DNA of 64,000 nucleotides from Gammaproteobacteria bacterium (GTDB lineage Bacteria; Pseudomonadota; Gammaproteobacteria; JABCZS01): NCBI GenBank assembly GCA_013289085.1, contig JABDAR010000001.1, positions 115,864 to 179,863 of the forward strand, read 5' to 3'. Shown piece by piece: positions 56,495 to 64,000 of this stretch (position 1 is its first letter; each line of letters starts with the position of its first letter). The notes under the pieces were generated by a model. It saw only the letters and a program-made list of their open reading frames with translations, ran no database searches and was not told where the DNA came from. The position numbers and the translations under genes were made by a program.

Positions 56495-57724
56495 ATGACA
56501 ACAGGCCAAAAAATTACTTTAGTAGACGGACAATTACACGTGCCTCATCAGCCGATTATTCCGTTTATTGAAGGAGATGGCATTGGTGTGGATATTACAC
56601 CGGTGATGCGCGCTGTTGTTGATGCTGCTGTGGCTAAAGCTTATGCGGGCGAGAAACAGATTCATTGGCTGGAAATTTATGCGGGCGAAAAAGCGACGCA
56701 AAAATTTGGGCAAGATAATTGGCTGCCTTCCGAAACATTGCAGGCCATGACCGATTATGTAGTTTCTATTAAAGGCCCATTGACTACTCCTGTTGGTGGT
56801 GGCATACGTTCATTAAATGTGGCGATTCGTCAGGAGTTGGATTTGTACGTATGTTTGCGTCCTGTGCGTTATTTTGAAGGGGTGCCAAGCCCTGTTAAAC
56901 ATCCTGAAAAAACCAATATGGTGATTTTTCGTGAGAATTCTGAAGATATTTATGCGGGGATTGAATGGGAGGCTGATTCTGCAGAAGCTAAAGAAGTGAT
57001 TGAATTTTTACAAACCAAAATGAATGTGACCAAAATTCGTTTTCCAGACCATTGCGGCATTGGTATCAAACCGGTGTCCAAAGAGGGCACAACGCGTTTA
57101 GTGAAAAGCGCCATTCAATATGCCATTGACAATGATTCGCCGTCAGTTACCTTGGTGCACAAAGGTAATATTATGAAATTTACGGAAGGCGCGTTTAAAA
57201 ATTGGGGTTATCAAGTCGCGCTGGATGAGTTTAACGGTGAATTATTAGACGGTGGTCCTTGGTGCACTATTAAAAATCCTAACACGGGCAAAACTATCAT
57301 TATTAAAGATGTGATTGCTGATGCATTTTTACAACAAATTTTATTGCGTCCCGAAGAATACAGTGTGATTGCGACTTTGAATTTAAACGGTGATTATATT
57401 TCTGATGCACTCGCAGCTATGGTGGGTGGGATTGGTATTGCACCCGGGGCGAATATTGGTGATAAAGCAGCTGTGTTTGAAGCAACACATGGTACAGCGC
57501 CTAAATATGCAGGCCAAGATAAAGTGAATCCAGGATCATTGATTTTATCTGCAGAAATGATGTTGCGACATATGGGATGGGTTGCAGCCGCTGAGTTAAT
57601 TATTGAAAGTATGCAAAAAACCATACAAGCAAAAACGGTCACTTATGATTTTGCGCGTCTTATGTCAGGTGCAAAAGAAGTTAAATGCTCCGAGTTTGGA
57701 CGCGCAATGATAAGTCACATGTAG
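56495..57724 (+). CDS. icd: NADP-dependent isocitrate dehydrogenase
   Basis: IDH/IMDH signature. 409 aa, prokaryotic homodimeric type. Confidence 0.9.
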   Translation: MTTGQKITLVDGQLHVPHQPIIPFIEGDGIGVDITPVMRAVVDAAVAKAYAGEKQIHWLEIYAGEKATQKFGQDNWLPSETLQAMTDYVVSIKGPLTTPVGGGIRSLNVAIRQELDLYVCLRPVRYFEGVPSPVKHPEKTNMVIFRENSEDIYAGIEWEADSAEAKEVIEFLQTKMNVTKIRFPDHCGIGIKPVSKEGTTRLVKSAIQYAIDNDSPSVTLVHKGNIMKFTEGAFKNWGYQVALDEFNGELLDGGPWCTIKNPNTGKTIIIKDVIADAFLQQILLRPEEYSVIATLNLNGDYISDALAAMVGGIGIAPGANIGDKAAVFEATHGTAPKYAGQDKVNPGSLILSAEMMLRHMGWVAAAELIIESMQKTIQAKTVTYDFARLMSGAKEVKCSEFGRAMISHM

Positions 57725-57727
57725 TTT

Positions 57728-57847
57728 TCGCCCCCTTTATGAAAGGGGGCCGCCTGTAAAGGCGGGGGGATTTTTTGATTTATGATATAAAGCGTAAGCT
57801 CGCAAAATCCCCCCGCCGAAGCGTCGGCCCCCTTTCATAAAGGGGGC
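57728..57847. mobile_element. MITE-like nested-palindrome element, family A, copy 2
   Basis: Same terminal hairpins and inner ggggggatttt...gcaaaatcccccc module as copy 1. Lies between the icd and cspD stops. T-runs follow the hairpins on both strands. Confidence 0.6.
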
Positions 57848-57857
57848 AAATTAAGAT

Positions 57858-58088
57858 TTAATTTGACTCGGCCGTTTCGGTTTCGGTTGGGCGAATATCA
57901 ATTGCGTGTAAACCTTTAGGGCCTTGATGTATGTCAAACATTACACGTTGACCTGCTTTAAGGCTTTTATAACCTTCCATCACAATAGCGGAAAAGTGAG
58001 CGAATACATCTTCATTTTCATTTTCTGCCGGAGCGATAAAACCATAACCTTTGGCATTGTTAAACCACTTCACTGTGCCGATAGCCAT
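57858..58088 (-). CDS. cspD: Cold-shock-domain protein CspD-like
   Basis: RNP1 motif KGYGFI, RNP2-like VFAHF. Confidence 0.8.
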   Translation of the reverse strand: MAIGTVKWFNNAKGYGFIAPAENENEDVFAHFSAIVMEGYKSLKAGQRVMFDIHQGPKGLHAIDIRPTETETAESN

Positions 58089-58268
58089 ATTTAAAGTCCC
58101 TTTTGTTGAGAAATAATACTAAACATCCCAGCCTTAATAAAAGGCTAACACTGATTATGATACACCAGATTTAACCGGAATCAAGTTTTGATTGACGGTT
58201 TTGATTGACACGGGGGGAGCTTTTGCTTTTAATAATCTTAGCTACAATTATATAAGGTAAAAAAACGG

Positions 58269-58595
58269 ATGAGCGATTTGCAGCACGATCATGGCGGTCC
58301 AGTTCAGTTACTTGAAGAAGCAAAACCGCAACTTAAAAAGCCGGCTATGTATCAAGTTATATTGCTGAATGATGATTTTACGCCCATGGATTTTGTAGTC
58401 AACGTGTTGGAACATTTTTTTGGTTTGGGTCATGAACGTGCGACGCAAGTCATGTTTCAAATTCATAATAATGGTAAAGGCATTTGCGGCGTTTTTACTT
58501 ATGATGTTGCTGAAACTAAAGTGGCATTAGTCAGTGATTATGCCAGGGCACATGAGTACCCGTTGTTATGTGATATGGAAGCGATAGATAATTAA
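58269..58595 (+). CDS. clpS: ATP-dependent Clp protease adaptor ClpS
   Basis: ClpS fold motif ([17 protein letters not shown]). Confidence 0.85.
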   Translation: MSDLQHDHGGPVQLLEEAKPQLKKPAMYQVILLNDDFTPMDFVVNVLEHFFGLGHERATQVMFQIHNNGKGICGVFTYDVAETKVALVSDYARAHEYPLLCDMEAIDN

Positions 58596-58612
58596 AAAGA
58601 TTTGGAGGTTGC

Positions 58613-60895
58613 ATGTTAAGTAAAGAGCTTGAATTTACGCTCAATTTAGCGTTTAAAGAAGCGCGGAGCAAACGTCATGAATTTATGACGGTTGAACATT
58701 TATTATTATCATTATTAGATAATTCAGCAGCCGTCAGCGTTTTGCGGGCCTGTGGATCTGATATTGAACGATTACGTATTGATTTGGTTAATTTCATTGA
58801 TGAAACAACACCACTCATTGATTTATCCGATACGGAACGTGAAACGCAACCGACCTTAGGTTTTCAACGCGTATTGCAGCGTGCAGTATTTCATGTGCAA
58901 TCTTCAGGTAAATCAGAAGTGACCGGCGCTAATGTATTAGCCGCTATTTTTAGTGAACAAGAAAGTCAGGCTGTTTATTTTCTGAAAAAAGAAAATATTA
59001 CACGTCTTGATGTGATTAATTATATTGCGCATGGTATTTCTAAATTACAATCTGAAGAAGATATTCAGCAACCGAATGAAGAAGAGGGCGGTGGTGATGA
59101 AGGGGGTGCTTTGGGTGGACAAAATATGTCGCCACTTGAGAGTTATGCCGTTAATCTTAATGCCAAAGCGCGTTTAGGTCGTATTGATCCCTTGATTGGC
59201 CGAGAAGAAGAAGTGATGCGTACGATTCAAATTTTATGCCGTCGTCGCAAAAATAATCCTTTATTAGTAGGTGAGGCGGGCGTGGGTAAAACCGCTATTG
59301 CTGAAGGTTTAGCAAAATTAATTGTTGATAAAAAAGTGCCTGATATTTTAGCGCATAGCACGGTGTATTCTTTAGATTTAGGGGCATTATTAGCGGGAAC
59401 AAAATATCGTGGTGATTTTGAAAAACGCTTAAAAGCGGTGTTGCATCAACTCGCAAAAGAAAAAGGTTCGATTTTATTTATTGATGAAATTCATACCATT
59501 ATTGGTGCGGGAGCCGCGAGCGGTGGCGTAATGGATGCGTCTAATTTAATCAAACCGTTGTTAGCTTCAGGTGAATTGCGTTGTATTGGTGCCACTACTT
59601 ATCAAGAATTTCGTGGTATTTTTGAAAAAGACAGTGCACTTGCAAGACGTTTTCAAAAAATTGATGTGGTGGAACCCACAGTTGATCAAACTGTACTCAT
59701 TCTTAAAGGTTTAAAAACTTATTTTGAAGCGCATCACTCGGTCAAATATTCTCCGCGTGCGCTACGTTCTGCAGCCGAATTAGGCGCACGTTATATTCAT
59801 GATCGCTTTTTACCGGATAAGGCCATTGATATCGTCGATGAAGCAGGTGCTTATCAACGTTTATTACCGCCTTCGAAACGTAAAAAAACCATTGGTGTAC
59901 GTGAGATTGAAGATATTGTCGCTAAAATTGCGCGCGTGCCGGCAAAAACAGTTTCAAGTACTGATCGCGAAATGATGGGCCATTTAGAACGTGATTTAAA
60001 AATGTTAGTGTTTGGTCAAGATAAAGCGATTGAACAATTATCAGCAACCATTAAAATGTCGCGTGCAGGTTTAGGTGATCTGCGTAAACCCGTCGGTTCA
60101 TTTTTATTTGCTGGCCCAACTGGCGTTGGTAAAACTGAAGTGACAAGGCAACTTGCGAAATTATTGGGTATAGAATTAATTCGTTTAGACATGTCAGAAT
60201 ATATGGAACGGCATACAATATCGCGTTTAATCGGCGCACCTCCTGGTTATGTGGGTTTTGATCAAGGTGGTTTATTGACGGAACAAATTAATAAACATCC
60301 ACATTGTGTATTGTTATTAGATGAAATTGAAAAAGCACATCCTGATGTATTTAATTTATTATTACAAGTGATGGATCATGGTACTTTGACGGATAATAAT
60401 GGTCGTAAAAGTGATTTTCGTCATGTGATTATTGTCATGACCACCAATGCAGGTGCAGAATTAATTTCTCGTCGCTCGATGGGCTTTACTGAGCAAGTGC
60501 ATGATTCAGACAGTATGCGTGAAATTGAACGGGCTTTCCCACCGGAATTTAGAAATCGTTTAGACAGCATCGTGCAGTTCCAAGCTTTGCCACAATCAGT
60601 CATTTATCAAGTCGTCGATAAGTTTTTAGTGGAATTACAAGCACAATTAGATGATAAAGGTGTGAACTTGGAAGTTGATGAAAGCGCTAGACAATATTTG
60701 GTGGAAAAAGGTTACGATCCAAAAATGGGTGCGAGGCCCATGGCTCGTTTGATTCAAACCGAAGTGAAAATGCCACTTGCACAGGAAATATTGTTCGGCC
60801 AATTAGCACAAGGTGGTTATGTGAAAATCACTTGCGGTGAAGGGCTGCTCAATTTTGCTTATACAAAAGCAGAAGTATTTGCGGATGCGGAATAA
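58613..60895 (+). CDS. clpA: ATP-dependent Clp protease ATP-binding subunit ClpA
   Basis: Two AAA+ modules (GEAGVGKT, GPTGVGKT) and ClpN N-terminal domain. 760 aa. Confidence 0.9.
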   Translation: MLSKELEFTLNLAFKEARSKRHEFMTVEHLLLSLLDNSAAVSVLRACGSDIERLRIDLVNFIDETTPLIDLSDTERETQPTLGFQRVLQRAVFHVQSSGKSEVTGANVLAAIFSEQESQAVYFLKKENITRLDVINYIAHGISKLQSEEDIQQPNEEEGGGDEGGALGGQNMSPLESYAVNLNAKARLGRIDPLIGREEEVMRTIQILCRRRKNNPLLVGEAGVGKTAIAEGLAKLIVDKKVPDILAHSTVYSLDLGALLAGTKYRGDFEKRLKAVLHQLAKEKGSILFIDEIHTIIGAGAASGGVMDASNLIKPLLASGELRCIGATTYQEFRGIFEKDSALARRFQKIDVVEPTVDQTVLILKGLKTYFEAHHSVKYSPRALRSAAELGARYIHDRFLPDKAIDIVDEAGAYQRLLPPSKRKKTIGVREIEDIVAKIARVPAKTVSSTDREMMGHLERDLKMLVFGQDKAIEQLSATIKMSRAGLGDLRKPVGSFLFAGPTGVGKTEVTRQLAKLLGIELIRLDMSEYMERHTISRLIGAPPGYVGFDQGGLLTEQINKHPHCVLLLDEIEKAHPDVFNLLLQVMDHGTLTDNNGRKSDFRHVIIVMTTNAGAELISRRSMGFTEQVHDSDSMREIERAFPPEFRNRLDSIVQFQALPQSVIYQVVDKFLVELQAQLDDKGVNLEVDESARQYLVEKGYDPKMGARPMARLIQTEVKMPLAQEILFGQLAQGGYVKITCGEGLLNFAYTKAEVFADAE

Positions 60896-60900
60896 GAGAT

Positions 60901-61130
60901 TGCCCTCACCCTTTCCCTCTCCCACACTAGTTATTGGTCTTTGTAGAAACATAGCAAAGTGGGAGAGGGGACGCTCTCGTAATTCTCAATAGTAAAAACT
61001 AATTTATGTTATTAGTCTTCAAATATCTCAATAGTAAAAACTAATTTATGTTATTAGTCCCCTCTCCCACGTTGCAATAATTCGACAAAGTTGTGCATTC
61101 TAGTGTGGGAGAGGGAAAGGGTGAGGGCAG
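60901..61130. mobile_element. MITE-like element, family B, copy 2 (opposite orientation, internal 43-bp tandem duplication)
   Basis: Same terminal inverted repeat core (ccctcaccctttccctctcccacactag). Interior is the reverse complement of copy 1, with ctcaatagtaaaaactaatttatgttattagtc duplicated. Lies between the clpA and infA stops. Confidence 0.65.
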
Positions 61131-61139
61131 AAACTTAAA

Positions 61140-61391
61140 TCAATCCGGATCATCTTGCTTATTGCGAGTTTTGAGATTACCGCGAAATACGATGCGACCT
61201 TTAGTCAGATCGTAAGGCGTCATTTGCAGGACGACATCATCGCCTTTTAGAATACGGATATAATTTTTCCGCATACGGCCAGAGATATGGGCAGTAATGA
61301 TATGTCCATTTTCCAATTCAACCCGAAACATGGTATTGGGCAAGCTATCAACGACTTTGCCGTCCATTTCTATATGATCTTCACGTGACAT
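61140..61391 (-). CDS. infA: Translation initiation factor IF-1
   Basis: S1-like OB fold, near-universal sequence. Confidence 0.9.
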   Translation of the reverse strand: MSREDHIEMDGKVVDSLPNTMFRVELENGHIITAHISGRMRKNYIRILKGDDVVLQMTPYDLTKGRIVFRGNLKTRNKQDDPD

Positions 61392-61400
61392 AGATTCTTC

Positions 61401-64000
<2,600 letters not shown>

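Noticed and set aside
33631-61130. Repeated GTGGGAGAGGG-containing and CCCCCTTTATGAAAGGGGG-containing sequences, considered as a possible CRISPR array.
   Set aside because: Each occurs only as inverted-repeat pairs within discrete palindromic elements 27 kb apart. There is no regular repeat-spacer periodicity and no cas genes. They are better explained as MITE-like elements.

Overview
This 64 kb window is AT-rich gammaproteobacterial chromosome; the gene content and organisation suggest an intracellular Legionellales-like organism (Legionella/Coxiella/Rickettsiella-like), though this is inferred from content only and is not certain. Recognisable housekeeping genes form the backbone: plsC, nagZ, queC, mfd, aguBA, nadE, bamD-rluD, argD-like, grxD, sodB, prfB (with its programmed +1 frameshift), nrdAB, icd, cspD, clpSA, infA, trxB and the 5' end of ftsK. 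I found no rRNA, tRNA, CRISPR, transposase or integrase genes. Accessory islets are inserted between these genes.

- Toxin-antitoxin (TA) loci: at least eight, counting remnants. They are mazEF-like, a truncated vapC, phd-vapC twice, a zeta-toxin-like kinase with a non-canonical downstream partner, brnTA, higB-like/xre, and an orphan xre.
- Effector-like block at 17.6-26.7 kb: four consecutive large orphan ORFs on the minus strand, with coiled-coil, tandem-repeat and low-complexity content.
- A giant 1875-aa protein (37030-42657) combining a class-3 lipase GHSFG motif with a C-terminal WD40 propeller and LRR-like cap. It is preceded by a translationally coupled small Cys-rich ORF.
- An OmpR-family two-component system resembling PmrA/PmrB (QseB/QseC) in Legionella and Coxiella sits among these genes. 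Several effector-like genes carry 11-bp-periodic cTTAAT direct repeats upstream, resembling PmrA boxes.
- A three-gene operon encoding an outer-membrane beta-barrel protein plus two paralogous secreted proteins with DUF3494 (ice-binding-like) C-terminal domains.
- Two distinct families of non-coding, nested-palindrome MITE-like elements, two copies each. All four copies lie exactly between convergent stop codons. A further 29-bp-arm hairpin lies between a Cys-rich membrane protein gene and nrdB.
- nagZ appears to start at AUU behind a perfect AAGGAG Shine-Dalgarno sequence.
- DnaA boxes and paired NrdR-like boxes lie upstream of nrdA.
- A G-rich intergenic segment rich in GGA motifs lies upstream of the 1116-aa ORF.
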